Shown piece by piece: positions 1 through 12,020 of a stretch of DNA of 64,000 nucleotides. Under the pieces are notes generated by a model that saw only the letters and a list, made by a program, of their open reading frames with translations, had not been told where the DNA came from and ran no database searches. The stretch comes from an uncultured Actinomycetota bacterium (lineage in GTDB: Bacteria > Actinomycetota > Actinomycetes > JACCUZ01). The position numbers and the translations under genes are program-made. The DNA lies in contig CAWCFV010000002.1 in assembly GCA_963794995.1 (NCBI GenBank), forward strand, positions 363,849 to 427,848. The letters are read 5' to 3'. Numbering within the stretch: the first letter of the stretch is position 1; each line of letters starts with the position of its first letter.

Positions 1-115
1 CAGGGCTGGAGCCTGCTGTGCAACGGCGTCGTGCTCTTCGACGACACCGGTGAGCTGCTGCCCGACGGCACGGTCATCGGCCCGCACCGCCCCACCGACC
101 ACTACGCCGCCGCCT
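1..115 (+). CDS. 3' end of an unidentified plus-strand gene (partial, enters the window from upstream)
   Basis: Open frame from the window edge ending at TGA around 113-115 (..GWSLLCNGVVLFDDTGELLPDGTVIGPHRPTDHYAAA*). Convergent with gcvP. No recognisable family. Confidence 0.3.
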
Positions 116-148
116 GAACCGTCCGGCCGGGCCGCCGCGCCCGTCGCC

Positions 149-3048
<2,900 letters not shown>

Positions 3049-3061
3049 GGTCACTCGGGCC

Positions 3062-3230
3062 TCCGCCGGGGTCGTCGACCGCACACCGGCAGCCGGCCGG
3101 CGTACGGTCCCCCTCTGTCGCGGGTGCTCCAGAGCTGCCTCGACCGCGTGGTCCTGGGTGCCTGAGAGGTTCCGGGGAGGTTGCCCCTTCGGCGCCGCAC
3201 CGAGTGGCTGGTGCGGTCTCTCCCACGCGG
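3062..3230 (-). promoter_or_regulatory. Glycine riboswitch in the gcvP 5' leader (aptamer 1 clear; second aptamer degenerate or ghost)
   Basis: Minus-strand RNA reads GGGAGAGACCGCACC..GGCGCCGAAGGGGCAACCUCCCC..CUCUCAGGCA, followed by CUCUGGAGCACC... This matches the conserved glycine-aptamer motifs GGAGAG and CCGAAGGGGCAA and the P1 closing CUCUCAGG. It sits immediately 5' of gcvP. Confidence 0.7.
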
Positions 3231-3266
3231 GTTCGTGAGCAGGCTCACCCTACCCCGGGGCGGGCC

Positions 3267-3896
3267 TCAGCCGGTCTGGCGGGCCGCGCGTCGGGCGGAG
3301 AGCTCGTCGGTGCCCGAGGACGACCCGTCGGCCCCGTGAACACCGTCGCCACCGTCGGCCCGCTCCCCCGGCATCTCTGCCAGGGAGCCCTCGACCTCGC
3401 GCCACACGCGCCCGACGGCGATCCCGAACACGCCCTGGCCGCCCTGCACCAGGTCGACGACCTCGTCGGCGGAGGTGCACTCGTAGACGCTGGCGCCGTC
3501 GCTCATCAGGGTGATCTGGGCCAGGTCGTCGACCCCGCGCTCGCGCAGGTGGGCCACCGCGGTGCGGATGTTCTGCAGCGAGACCCCGGTGTCGAGCAGC
3601 CGCTTGACCACCTTGAGCACCAGGATGTCGCGGAAGCTGTAGAGCCGCTGGCTGCCCGACCCGGCGGCGCCGCGGATGCCGGGCTCGACCAGCCCGGTGC
3701 GCGCCCAGTAGTCCAGCTGCCGGTAGGTGATGCCGGCCGCCGAGCAGGCGGTCGGACCCCGGTAGCCCATGTCCTCGGGCAGCACCGGCAGGTCGTCGGT
3801 GAACAGCAGCCCCTGCTGACCGGCCTGGGCCCGGGCCCGCTCGTGGGCGACCGGGTCGCGCCCGGGCGCGCCGCTGGTGGAGCCGTTGTCGCTCAC
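3267..3896 (-). CDS. MerR-family transcriptional regulator (homolog of M. tuberculosis Rv1830, McdR-like)
   Basis: The 209 aa product has a MerR HTH (GYRGPTACSAAGITYRQLDYWARTGLV). It is collinear with Rv1830 along its length and keeps the conserved position between gcvP and the DUF151 gene. Confidence 0.85.
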   Translation of the reverse strand: MSDNGSTSGAPGRDPVAHERARAQAGQQGLLFTDDLPVLPEDMGYRGPTACSAAGITYRQLDYWARTGLVEPGIRGAAGSGSQRLYSFRDILVLKVVKRLLDTGVSLQNIRTAVAHLRERGVDDLAQITLMSDGASVYECTSADEVVDLVQGGQGVFGIAVGRVWREVEGSLAEMPGERADGGDGVHGADGSSSGTDELSARRAARQTG

Positions 3897-3965
3897 GCGG
3901 ACCTCCGTCTCACGCCCCGGGGGGAAGAACCGTCTCGCCCTCGGGGGGCCAGCAGGTCCGGGCGG

Positions 3966-3987
3966 GTAGTTCCATCGGTGGAACTAC
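3966..3987. promoter_or_regulatory. Perfect 9-bp inverted repeat GTAGTTCCA-tcgg-TGGAACTAC upstream of the MerR gene (candidate MerR operator)
   Basis: Read directly from the sequence. It lies about 70-90 nt upstream of the MerR start at 3896. MerR-family proteins bind dyads within their own promoters. Confidence 0.4.
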
Positions 3988-4086
3988 ACCAGGGGCGTTT
4001 CCTGCTGGTGACGGTACGGCCCGACCGTCGGGCGGTCAACGACGCCGCGCCCGTGTCGGGGCAAACTCTGCACCTCCGGTAGAGGG

Positions 4087-4587
4087 TCAGCTGGCCGGGG
4101 GCTCCTGCGGGGCGGGGCCCTCGAAGTCCTCGGGAGAGATCTGGTCGAGGAACTCGCGGAACTTCTCCACCTCGTCCTCCTGCTCGTCCGGGATGCTGAT
4201 GCCGGCCTCGGCGAGCACCTCGTCGGAGCCGAAGATGGGGGTGGCGGTGCGCAGCGCGACCGCGATGGCGTCGGACGGGCGGGCGCTGACCTCCATCCCG
4301 GAGGCGAAGACCATCTCGGCGTAGAAGACGCCGTCGCGCAGCGCCGTGATCCGCACCTGCGTGAGCTGCTGGCCGGCGGCCTCGAGCAGGTCGCGGATCA
4401 GGTCGTGGGTGAGCGGGCGCGGCGGGACCACACCCTGCTGGGCGAACGCGATCGCGGTGGCCTCGCCGGCGCCGATCCAGATCGGCAGGTAGCGCTCGCC
4501 GCCGGACTCCTTGAGCAGGACGATCGGCTGGTTCGACGGCATCTCGACCCGCACCCCTACGACGTCCAGCTCGTTCACGTCGCCCAC
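4087..4587 (-). CDS. Bifunctional nuclease family protein (DUF151; Rv1829 homolog)
   Basis: 166 aa, MGDVNELDVVGVRVEMPSNQPIVLLKE..., typical of the DUF151/BFN family. Conserved neighbour of the two MerR genes. Confidence 0.8.
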   Translation of the reverse strand: MGDVNELDVVGVRVEMPSNQPIVLLKESGGERYLPIWIGAGEATAIAFAQQGVVPPRPLTHDLIRDLLEAAGQQLTQVRITALRDGVFYAEMVFASGMEVSARPSDAIAVALRTATPIFGSDEVLAEAGISIPDEQEDEVEKFREFLDQISPEDFEGPAPQEPPAS

Positions 4588-4655
4588 CCTACCCGCGGGA
4601 CCGCCGCCCGCCGAGCGGCGCCGGGACGCATCCCGCGACGCCCGCGGGCGGTCCG

Positions 4656-5402
4656 TCAGCGGCCGGTGACGTCGCGCAGACGGGACCGGACGAGGGCGGT
4701 GTGCAGGCGCAGGGACAGCGCCCCCATCTCGCGCGCGACCTCCTCGGCGCGGGCCCTCGCCTGCGGGTCGCGCTGCCGGAGCAGCGGCCCCACGACCTGG
4801 CCGACGAGGTCGACCTCGCGGTCGGCGGCGGTGCGGAACGACCGCAGGTGCCGCGGCTCGAGGCCGTAGTCGGCCAGCTGTGCGACGGCCGTCGCGATGA
4901 CCAGGGCGTCCGCGTCGAAGTGCTCGACCGCGCCGGCCCGGCCACGCAGCGGCGCCACCAGCCCGTACCCCTCGATCTCGGCCAGCAGCTCGGCGTCGAT
5001 CTTCGCGGCGACCTGCAGCTCCTCGCGGGAGAGCCGTAGCTCGCTGGCGCTGCCCAGCGCCCGGGGGCCGGGCGCCCAGTCCGGGCGGCCGGCGCCGGCC
5101 GGCGGCTGCGGCCGGCCCCCCGGTGTCACCGGCGGCTCGAGCCCGCGGTCGAGGGCGTCCAGGTGCTCCTTGATCACCCGCAGCGGCAGGTAGTGGTCGC
5201 GCTGGGTGGCCAGGACGTAGTGCAGCCGGGCGACGTCGGCGTGGCTGAACTTGCGGTAGCCCGACGGTGTCCGGGCCGGCTCGACGAGACCTTCGGACTC
5301 GAGGAACCTGATCTTGGAGATCGTGACGTCGGGGAAGTCGGCGCGCAGCTGCGTCAGCACCTCCCCGATGCTCATCAGCGACCGGGAGGGAACGGCGCTC
5401 AT
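4656..5402 (-). CDS. MerR-family transcriptional regulator (Rv1828 / FtsR-like)
   Basis: MSAVPSRSLMSIGEVLTQLRADFPDVTISKIRFLESEGLVEP... is a MerR HTH plus the Rv1828-type C-terminal domain. Start placed at the ATG 5400-5402 (M27 of the ORF) to avoid overlapping the FHA gene. Confidence 0.85.
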   Translation of the reverse strand: MSAVPSRSLMSIGEVLTQLRADFPDVTISKIRFLESEGLVEPARTPSGYRKFSHADVARLHYVLATQRDHYLPLRVIKEHLDALDRGLEPPVTPGGRPQPPAGAGRPDWAPGPRALGSASELRLSREELQVAAKIDAELLAEIEGYGLVAPLRGRAGAVEHFDADALVIATAVAQLADYGLEPRHLRSFRTAADREVDLVGQVVGPLLRQRDPQARARAEEVAREMGALSLRLHTALVRSRLRDVTGR

Positions 5403-5412
5403 CGGCGAGCGC

Positions 5413-5943
5413 TCACCCGTGCCCCCCGCCGGCGCTCGGGTAGAAGACCAGCCGGTACTTGCCGACCTGGACCTCGTCACCGCCCGCCAGGGTGGCCTCG
5501 TCGATGCGCTCGCGGTTGACGTAGGTGCCGTTGAGGGAGCCGACGTCGCGGACGTGGTAGCCGCTGTCGCCGCGGACGAACTCCGCGTGGCGCCGGGACA
5601 CCGTCACGTCGTCGAGGAAGATGTCCGACGACGGGTGCCGGCCGGCGGTGGTGGTGTCCGAGTCGAGCAGGAACCGGCTGCCGCTGTTGGGCCCGCGGCG
5701 GACCACGAGCAGCGCGGAGCCGGTGGGCAGGGCGTCGACGGCGGCCTGGTCGGCGGTCGAGAGCGCCTCGGAGCGCTCCTTCTCCTTCTCCTCCCCCGGC
5801 TCGAATCCCTCGTTGATCGTGATCGTCGACGTCTCGCCGGGCGAGGCGGCGGCCGGGGTCGCCGGCTTGAGCGCCGCGCCGCAGCTGCTGCAGAAGCGCG
5901 CGTCGTCGGTGTTGCTGTGCCCGCACTGGGTGCAGAAGGGCAT
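5413..5943 (-). CDS. FHA-domain protein with an N-terminal zinc-ribbon (GarA/OdhI-position homolog)
   Basis: MPFCTQCGHSNTDDARFCSSCGAAL is a CxxC..CxxC ribbon. The C-terminal FHA domain reads ..GRHPSSDIFLDDVTVSRRHAEFV..GSLNGTYVN.. ATG at 5941-5943 is preceded by GGGAGG. Confidence 0.8.
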   Translation of the reverse strand: MPFCTQCGHSNTDDARFCSSCGAALKPATPAAASPGETSTITINEGFEPGEEKEKERSEALSTADQAAVDALPTGSALLVVRRGPNSGSRFLLDSDTTTAGRHPSSDIFLDDVTVSRRHAEFVRGDSGYHVRDVGSLNGTYVNRERIDEATLAGGDEVQVGKYRLVFYPSAGGGHG

Positions 5944-6213
5944 CGGGCTGCCTCCCTCGCCCTGGTGGGGCGGGTGCCGCCGTCCATGAGGCTGGACGGT
6001 CTCGGGCGGACGGTGGGCGGTCGGGCGTGTGGCTGTCGGACGGTCGGACCGCCCTCGCCCCCAGGCTACGACCCGACGGTGAAGGCCGGAGCACACCGGG
6101 TGAAGTGTCGACCTTCACCCCAGGTCGAGGCGAGGGTGCCGATCCAGGAACCTACGGGCCGCCCGCGACCGGGTCAACCGGTGCGGCAGAACAGCCGACC
6201 GGACGTCACCCGG

Positions 6214-6615
6214 TCAGGCGCCCAGGGCCGCCTGGTAGCCCGCGGCGTCCAGGAGCGCGTCCGCGGCGGCCGGGTCGTCGGGCCGGATGGTGAGCATCCA
6301 GCCGTCGCCGTACGGGTCGGAGTTGACCAGCTCGGGGGACGCGTCGAGGGCCTCGTTGCGCTCGACGACCGTCCCGCTGACCGGGGCGAAGAGGTCCGAG
6401 ACGCTCTTGGTCGACTCCACCTCGCCGCAGGTGTCGCCGGCGGCCACCTGGCTGCCCACCTCCGGGAGGGTGACGAAGACGATGTCGCCCAGGGCGTCCT
6501 GCGCGTAGTCGGTGACGCCGATCCGTAGGGTCTCGCCCTCGCCGCGGACCCACTCGTGGTCCGTCGTGTACCGCAGGTCCTCCGGGATCACGTGCGCGCC
6601 ACCCACTGCCTTCAC
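6214..6615 (-). CDS. gcvH: Glycine cleavage system H protein
   Basis: ..VIPEDLRYTTDHEWVRGEG..EVESTKSVSDLFAPVSG.. is the lipoyl-Lys motif region. Alternative GTG start. Confidence 0.9.
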   Translation of the reverse strand: MKAVGGAHVIPEDLRYTTDHEWVRGEGETLRIGVTDYAQDALGDIVFVTLPEVGSQVAAGDTCGEVESTKSVSDLFAPVSGTVVERNEALDASPELVNSDPYGDGWMLTIRPDDPAAADALLDAAGYQAALGA

Positions 6616-7409
6616 TCGTCGGAGCTGCTGCCGTCGTCGTCAGCGGCCGGGCGAGCGTAACGAGGCGACGCAGTCGCCCGCAAGGACGTGATCGTCACCT
6701 CGTCGCGCGACGTCACGACGCCCTGCGCGTCCTTCTGCCGGAGCACGTCGAAGATGCCCCCCGGGATGTCCAGCGCCCCCGCCAGCGTGCGTGGCTCGCC
6801 GATCACGAGGAAGCGGTAGGGCGACACGAGCAGCGTGCCGTCCACCAGGATGCCCGGCTGGTCCTCCTCGGCGGGGTCGGCGAAGGAGGTGCCGGCGACC
6901 ACCCGGACCGCCGGTCCGTCGAGGGAGGCGACCTCGACGGCCTCCGCGCCGGCGTCGCGCAGCTCCTGCAGGGCGTCCAGCAGCACCTCCGACCCGACCG
7001 CGCCGCGCGGGTCGCTGATGGTGAGCTCGATGCCGGGACCGGTGGCGGGCAGGGTGCCGGCCAGGATCCCGAGGACCCGCGCGCGCTCCTGGGCGTCCTG
7101 CAGTGCGGCGCGGGAGCCGCCGCTGCCGGCGGTGACCCGGGCCCTGGTGTCCTCGAGGTCGCGCGCCTCCTGCCGCAGCCTGGCGGCGCGCTCGGTGACG
7201 TCGTCGAGGATGCGCACCAGGTCGGTCTGCCGCAGGCCCTCCAGCCCGGCGTCCTGGGTCGAGCGCACCTGCACCACGACGGCGAACCCGAGCACGGCGC
7301 ACAGCACCGCCGGGAGGACGTGGCCGCGCTTGACCCGCGGCCGGAAGGCCGAGACGAGCCGGGTCCAGGCCGTGCGCTGGGGCGAGGCGGGCGCCGGGTC
7401 GCTCGACAC
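6612..7409 (-). CDS. DUF881 domain-containing membrane protein (Rv1825-like)
   Basis: Single TM segment plus a coiled-coil and the DUF881 C-terminal domain. GTG start chosen at 7407-7409 to abut the sbp stop. GTGA overlap with gcvH. Confidence 0.75.
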   Translation of the reverse strand: MSSDPAPASPQRTAWTRLVSAFRPRVKRGHVLPAVLCAVLGFAVVVQVRSTQDAGLEGLRQTDLVRILDDVTERAARLRQEARDLEDTRARVTAGSGGSRAALQDAQERARVLGILAGTLPATGPGIELTISDPRGAVGSEVLLDALQELRDAGAEAVEVASLDGPAVRVVAGTSFADPAEEDQPGILVDGTLLVSPYRFLVIGEPRTLAGALDIPGGIFDVLRQKDAQGVVTSRDEVTITSLRATASPRYARPAADDDGSSSDE

Positions 7410-7410
7410 G

Positions 7411-7743
7411 TCAGGCCTTGAAGAGCTGGCGCCGGATCGCGGCGGTGTTGGCGAAGATGCGGATCCCCAGGACGACGACCACACCGGTGGACAGCTGGGT
7501 CCCGACGCCGAGCTGGTCACCGAGGTAGACGATCAGCGCCGCCACGGTGACGTTGGAGACGAAGGAGATGACGAACACCTTGTCGTCGAAGATGCCGTCG
7601 AGCAGCGCACGCAGACCGCCGAACACCGCGTCGAGGGCTGCCACGACCGCGATCGGCAGGTAGGGCTGCAGCCAGGTCGGCACCGTGGGCTCGAGGAAGA
7701 GCCCGGCGACGATCCCGAGGACCAGCCCGATGGCGGCGATCAC
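7411..7743 (-). CDS. sbp: Small basic protein Sbp (DUF1290; Rv1824-like)
   Basis: The 110 aa product is hydrophobic and Gly/Ala-rich (MIAAIGLVLGIVAGLFLEP...). Its position between two DUF881 genes is conserved. Confidence 0.7.
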   Translation of the reverse strand: MIAAIGLVLGIVAGLFLEPTVPTWLQPYLPIAVVAALDAVFGGLRALLDGIFDDKVFVISFVSNVTVAALIVYLGDQLGVGTQLSTGVVVVLGIRIFANTAAIRRQLFKA

Positions 7744-8702
7744 CGGTCCGTGCTCCCCGGCGTCGACCCGTCCCCCGCCGTCGGGCTCCCCGTGCCCGTG
7801 GCGCCACCCGTGTCGCGGCCGTCCACCCCGGGGACCACGGCGTAGCGCAGGCCCACACCGACGGACGCCGGCAGCGACACGCTCTCGTCGTCGGTCACCG
7901 AGTACGTGATGCCGTATCCCTCCAGAACCTGCAGGTAGCTACCGCCGAACCCTCCCACGAACCGCTCCCTCATCGACTCCGGCTCTCCGATGGCCCGCAC
8001 GACGTACGGCGGCGTCAGCGGCCGGAAGTCGACGAGGACCGCCTCGCCCGCGGCCGAGATCGCGCTGAGCATCGTCAGGCGCTGGCGGTTGACCGACACC
8101 GCCTCGGCGCCCGCGGCCCACACCTCGTTCACGACCGTCTGCAGGTCGCGGTCGGTCACCCGGCCCTCGTCCGCGACCCCTGTCCGGGGGTCGACGTCAG
8201 CGCCCTCGCTCTCGCGGTCCGCGTCGTCGAGCCGCACCACCATCCCGGGACCGACCACCGCGCCGGCGCCGGTGGCCGCCTCCAGCGCGTCCAGCTGCGC
8301 GGCGAGCTCGACGCCCTCGCCCGTGAGCGCCAGGGACCGGCGCTGGGCCCGCTGCACGTCGGCCCGCTGCCGGTCCAGCGCCCGCTGGTCGCGCCGGTTC
8401 TCCGCGGCTCGCTGCTGCACCTCGGTCACCAGCTCAGCGCGGGCCTCGGCCGCCGACCCGGCCCGGGAGCGGGCCTGCTCGTAGGCCGTGGCGAGCAGCA
8501 GCCCCACCGCCAGCAGGCCCACGGCGAGCACCAGGACCCGGCTCCGGCCGGGGGGTGGCTCACCCGCCCGGCGGCGGGCCGCAGCCCGCGCGTACCCCTC
8601 GTCGATCGACCCCTCGACCAGGTCACGTAGCAGCAGCATCGAGTCCGCCCGGCGGGGCGGCTCGTCGGTGCGCGGCGGGGCCTGGTGCGACATCGCGCCC
8701 AT
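7740..8702 (-). CDS. DUF881 domain-containing protein (Rv1823-like)
   Basis: 320 aa with an N-terminal TM segment, a coiled-coil (..AAEARAELVTEVQQRAAENRRDQRALDRQ..) and the DUF881 C-terminal domain. ATGA overlap with sbp. Confidence 0.75.
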   Translation of the reverse strand: MGAMSHQAPPRTDEPPRRADSMLLLRDLVEGSIDEGYARAAARRRAGEPPPGRSRVLVLAVGLLAVGLLLATAYEQARSRAGSAAEARAELVTEVQQRAAENRRDQRALDRQRADVQRAQRRSLALTGEGVELAAQLDALEAATGAGAVVGPGMVVRLDDADRESEGADVDPRTGVADEGRVTDRDLQTVVNEVWAAGAEAVSVNRQRLTMLSAISAAGEAVLVDFRPLTPPYVVRAIGEPESMRERFVGGFGGSYLQVLEGYGITYSVTDDESVSLPASVGVGLRYAVVPGVDGRDTGGATGTGSPTAGDGSTPGSTDR

Positions 8703-8726
8703 CGTGGCAGACCGGGTGACCGGACC

Positions 8727-11219
8727 TCAGCCGGTGCGCGCCACGACCTCCGACCAGTGCTCCAGCAGCGCTGCCGCGGCGGCGTCGTCACCGGCCTCGG
8801 CCCAGACATGGGTCACCGGCTCGGCCGGGTCGGGCAGGACCAGTGCCCAGCTGCCGTCACTCTCGAGGACCCGGACCCCGTCGGTCGTGTCCAGCGGCCG
8901 GGTGCCGGCCGCCTCGACGACGGTGCGCATGACCATGCCCTTGGCGGCCCAGGGGGTCGGTACCGCGCGGCGGCTGACGTGGCTGCGCGGGATCCGCGCG
9001 TCGATCTCGGACAGCTGCAGCTGCGTGCGCGCCACGAGTCCGGCGATCTGCACGAAGGCCGCGATGCCGTCGTAGGTCGTCGAGAACTTCGGCACCACGA
9101 AGCCGCCGCGCCCGTCGCCGCCGAAGACCACCCCGGGCTTGCTCACGGCCTCGGTCACCGCGGCGGCGCTGGTGGCGCACCAGCGGATGTCGACGCCGTG
9201 GAACAGGGCCACCTGCTCGGCCACGCGCGTGGTGGTGACCGGCAGGGCGACGGTGCCACCGACGGACTCGGCGGCCACCAGGTCGAGCACGACGAGCAGG
9301 GCCCGCTCGTCGTCGATGGGAGCCCCCCGGTCGTCGACGAGCGACAGCCGCTCGCCGACCGGGTCGAAGTGCACCCCGAACGCGGCCTTGCTCGAGCCGA
9401 CCAGACGGCCCAGCCGGCGCAGGGACTCGAGACGCTCCTCGGGACTCTCGGTCGGTGAGGCCTCGTCCAGTCCGTTGTTCACGGTGAGGACGTCGAGCCC
9501 GAGGCGACCGAGCAGGCTGGGCAGCACGAGCGACGCGGTGCCGCCGCCGGTGTCGACCACGACCTTGAGACCGCTGTCGGACAGCCCCTTGACGTCCACC
9601 TGGCGCAGCAGCTCGAGGGCGTAGGCCTCCATCACCCGCGGCGGGAACGACAGGTCCCCGATCTCGCCGGGGAACGCGCGGCGGAACTCGGCGCGGGAGA
9701 AGGTGCGCTCCAGCCGGCGCTGCCCGGCAGCGTCGACGTCGGCCCCGTGCCGGTTCAGGAAGGTGATGTCGACGCTCTCGGGCTGGCCCGGTGAGGTGCG
9801 GATGACGATGCCGCCCTCGCGGCCCTGGGAGGTCGCGAGGCGGGCGACCGGCACCGGGACGACCTCGAGGTCGACGACGTCCATGGCGCTGGCCGTCAGC
9901 GCGCCGGTGATGGCGCGCTTGAGCGACCGGGCGGCCCGCGAGACGTCGCGCGAGGTCGTGACCACCGAGCCCTTCTTCAGGGTGCTGGCCCAGGCGCTGG
10001 CGAGCCGTACCGCCAGCTCGGGGGTGATCTCGACGTTGACGATGCCGGAGACGCCGCGCGGCCCGAACAGCCGCCGCTGCCCGCGCGACTCGAACACCAG
10101 GTCGGAGCTGACCACCGAGCCGGCCTCGACGTTCTTGTAGGGGTAGACCCGCACGCCGGCCGCGAGGATGGCCTCCTCCTCGACGACGCACTCGTCACCG
10201 ACGACGACGCCCTCGTCGAGGCGGGCGCCGCGCATGATGTCGGTGTTCTTGCCCACCACGCAGGCGCGCAGGTTGGTCTGGGGGCCGACGAAGACGTTGT
10301 CGTGGACGACCGCCCGGTGCAGGAACGCGCCGGCCTTCACGATCACGTTGCTCCCGACGACGGTGAACTCGCGCAGCTCGGCCCCGGCCTCGACCTTGGC
10401 GTAGTCACCGACGTAGAGCGGGCCCTTGAGCACCGCGTCGGGATGCACGTCCGCGCCCTCGGCGATCCACACGCCGCTGCTGACCTCGAACGCGTCCATG
10501 TCGACGTCGACCTGACCGGTGAGCACGTCGGCCTGGGCGCGCATGTAGGACTCCTGGGTGCCGACGTCCTCCCAGTAGCCCTCGGCGACGTAGCCGTACA
10601 CGGGGAGCCCGGCATCGAGCAGCCGGGGGAACACGTCCCCGGACCAGTCCACCGGCTCTCCGACGGCGACGTGGTCGAGCACCTCGGGCTCCATGACGTA
10701 GATGCCGGTGTTGACCGTGTCGGAGAACACCTGCCCCCAGGTGGGCTTCTCGAGGAAGCGCTGCACGCGGTTGTCGTCGTCGACGATCGTGATGCCGAAC
10801 TCGAGGGGGTCGGGGACGCGAGTCAGGCAGACGGTGACCAGGGCGCCCTTGTCCTGGTGGAACTTCACCAGGTCGGTGAGGTCGAAGTCGGTCAGTGCGT
10901 CGCCGGAGATGACGAGGAAGGTGTCGTCGCGCAGCAGGTCCTCGGCGTTCTTGACGCTGCCGGCGGTGCCGAGCGGGGTCTCCTCGGTCGCGTAGTGCAG
11001 CGTCATGCCGAGCTCTTCGCCGTCACCGAAGTAGTTGCGCACCAGGCTGGCGAGGAACTGCACCGTGACGACCGTCTCGGTGAAGCCGTGCCGGGCGAGC
11101 AGCCGGAGCACGTGCTCCATGATCGGCTTGTTGACGATCGGCAGCAGCGGCTTGGGCATGCTCACCGTCATCGGACGGAGGCGGGTCCCCTCTCCCCCGG
11201 CCATCACGACAGCCTTCAC
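8727..11219 (-). CDS. Nucleotidyltransferase (mannose-1-phosphate guanylyltransferase-like) fused to a phosphomannomutase-like domain, about 830 aa
   Basis: The N-terminus has the NTP-transferase signature [30 protein letters not shown], then left-handed beta-helix hexapeptide repeats, then PGM/PMM-like domains. The GTG start at 11217-11219 has AGGAGG 7 nt upstream. The PMM domain I motif reads [11 protein letters not shown] rather than TASHNP. Confidence 0.8.
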   Translation of the reverse strand: MKAVVMAGGEGTRLRPMTVSMPKPLLPIVNKPIMEHVLRLLARHGFTETVVTVQFLASLVRNYFGDGEELGMTLHYATEETPLGTAGSVKNAEDLLRDDTFLVISGDALTDFDLTDLVKFHQDKGALVTVCLTRVPDPLEFGITIVDDDNRVQRFLEKPTWGQVFSDTVNTGIYVMEPEVLDHVAVGEPVDWSGDVFPRLLDAGLPVYGYVAEGYWEDVGTQESYMRAQADVLTGQVDVDMDAFEVSSGVWIAEGADVHPDAVLKGPLYVGDYAKVEAGAELREFTVVGSNVIVKAGAFLHRAVVHDNVFVGPQTNLRACVVGKNTDIMRGARLDEGVVVGDECVVEEEAILAAGVRVYPYKNVEAGSVVSSDLVFESRGQRRLFGPRGVSGIVNVEITPELAVRLASAWASTLKKGSVVTTSRDVSRAARSLKRAITGALTASAMDVVDLEVVPVPVARLATSQGREGGIVIRTSPGQPESVDITFLNRHGADVDAAGQRRLERTFSRAEFRRAFPGEIGDLSFPPRVMEAYALELLRQVDVKGLSDSGLKVVVDTGGGTASLVLPSLLGRLGLDVLTVNNGLDEASPTESPEERLESLRRLGRLVGSSKAAFGVHFDPVGERLSLVDDRGAPIDDERALLVVLDLVAAESVGGTVALPVTTTRVAEQVALFHGVDIRWCATSAAAVTEAVSKPGVVFGGDGRGGFVVPKFSTTYDGIAAFVQIAGLVARTQLQLSEIDARIPRSHVSRRAVPTPWAAKGMVMRTVVEAAGTRPLDTTDGVRVLESDGSWALVLPDPAEPVTHVWAEAGDDAAAAALLEHWSEVVARTG

Positions 11220-11250
11220 CGCGACCACCTCCTGCCGGGGCCGGGCCTGT

Positions 11251-11841
11251 TCACGCCGCGACCCCCTCCGGCTCGACGCGCACAAGGGCGCGCACCTGGA
11301 CCAGGTACAGGACACCTGCCCACCAGTACAGCGCCGTACCCCAGATGGTGAAAGCCCAGCCGAAGGCGTGGGCGACGTCCCCCACGACGCTGGTCCACTG
11401 GCCGAGGAGGATCAGCGGGAGCCCGGACAACAGGTTGAAGGTGGCTGCCTTGCCCAGGTAGTGGACGGGCAGCGGGCCGTACCCGTGGCGCCGTAGGACG
11501 GGCAGGGTCGTCGCGAGGACGAGGTCGCGGCCGACCAGCACCAGGGTGAGCCACAGCGGGACCACGCCGCGGATCGTCAGTCCGACCAGCGTCGCCAGGA
11601 TGTACAGGCGGTCGGCGGCCGGGTCGAGCAGCGTCCCCAGCCGGCTGGTCTGCCCCCAGGCCCGGGCGATCTTGCCGTCGAGGTAGTCGGTGACGCCGCT
11701 GACCATGAGCACCAGCACCGCCGGCCCGTCGTGCCCGGTGAGCACCAGCCAGAAGAACACCGGGACGCCGACCAGCCGGAGCACGCTGAGCGCGTTGGGC
11801 AGCGTCACCACCCGGTCGCTCGGTGTCACGGCTGCCGGCAC
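11251..11841 (-). CDS. CDP-alcohol phosphatidyltransferase family protein (PgsA-like; Rv1822 position)
   Basis: 196 aa polytopic membrane protein with the CDP-OH_P_transf motif ..[27 protein letters not shown].. Confidence 0.8.
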   Translation of the reverse strand: MPAAVTPSDRVVTLPNALSVLRLVGVPVFFWLVLTGHDGPAVLVLMVSGVTDYLDGKIARAWGQTSRLGTLLDPAADRLYILATLVGLTIRGVVPLWLTLVLVGRDLVLATTLPVLRRHGYGPLPVHYLGKAATFNLLSGLPLILLGQWTSVVGDVAHAFGWAFTIWGTALYWWAGVLYLVQVRALVRVEPEGVAA

Positions 11842-11914
11842 GGGCAGGTCCCCTCTCCCCTGGGCCGGGTCCGCGGCCCACGTCGTCCGAGCCTAGTCGG
11901 ACCGTCAGACCCGC

Positions 11915-11984
11915 TCGTTTGCGACCTGAGCCCCCGACACGCCGGGGTATCCCCCGGCGTGTCGGGGAGCCAGGTCGCAAACGA
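11915..11984. repeat. 70-bp nested-palindrome repeat element, copy 1 (MITE/REP-like)
   Basis: Outer inverted repeat TCGTTTGCGACCTG...CAGGTCGCAAACGA flanks an inner perfect 13-bp hairpin CGACACGCCGGGG-tatc-CCCCGGCGTGTCG. A second copy (about 87% identical) lies at 39239-39308. Confidence 0.7.
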
Positions 11985-12020
11985 TCATCCGTCGAGGAGC
12001 TCGCGCCCGGTGGCGCAGGG

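Noticed and set aside
11216-11980. ORFs at 11216-11980 (minus), 11823-13586 (plus) and 39024-39422 (plus) sharing the peptide PTRRGIPRRVG.PGRKRS
   Set aside because: The shared peptide is produced by translating the two copies of the 70-bp palindromic repeat. The ORFs otherwise overlap real genes on other frames.
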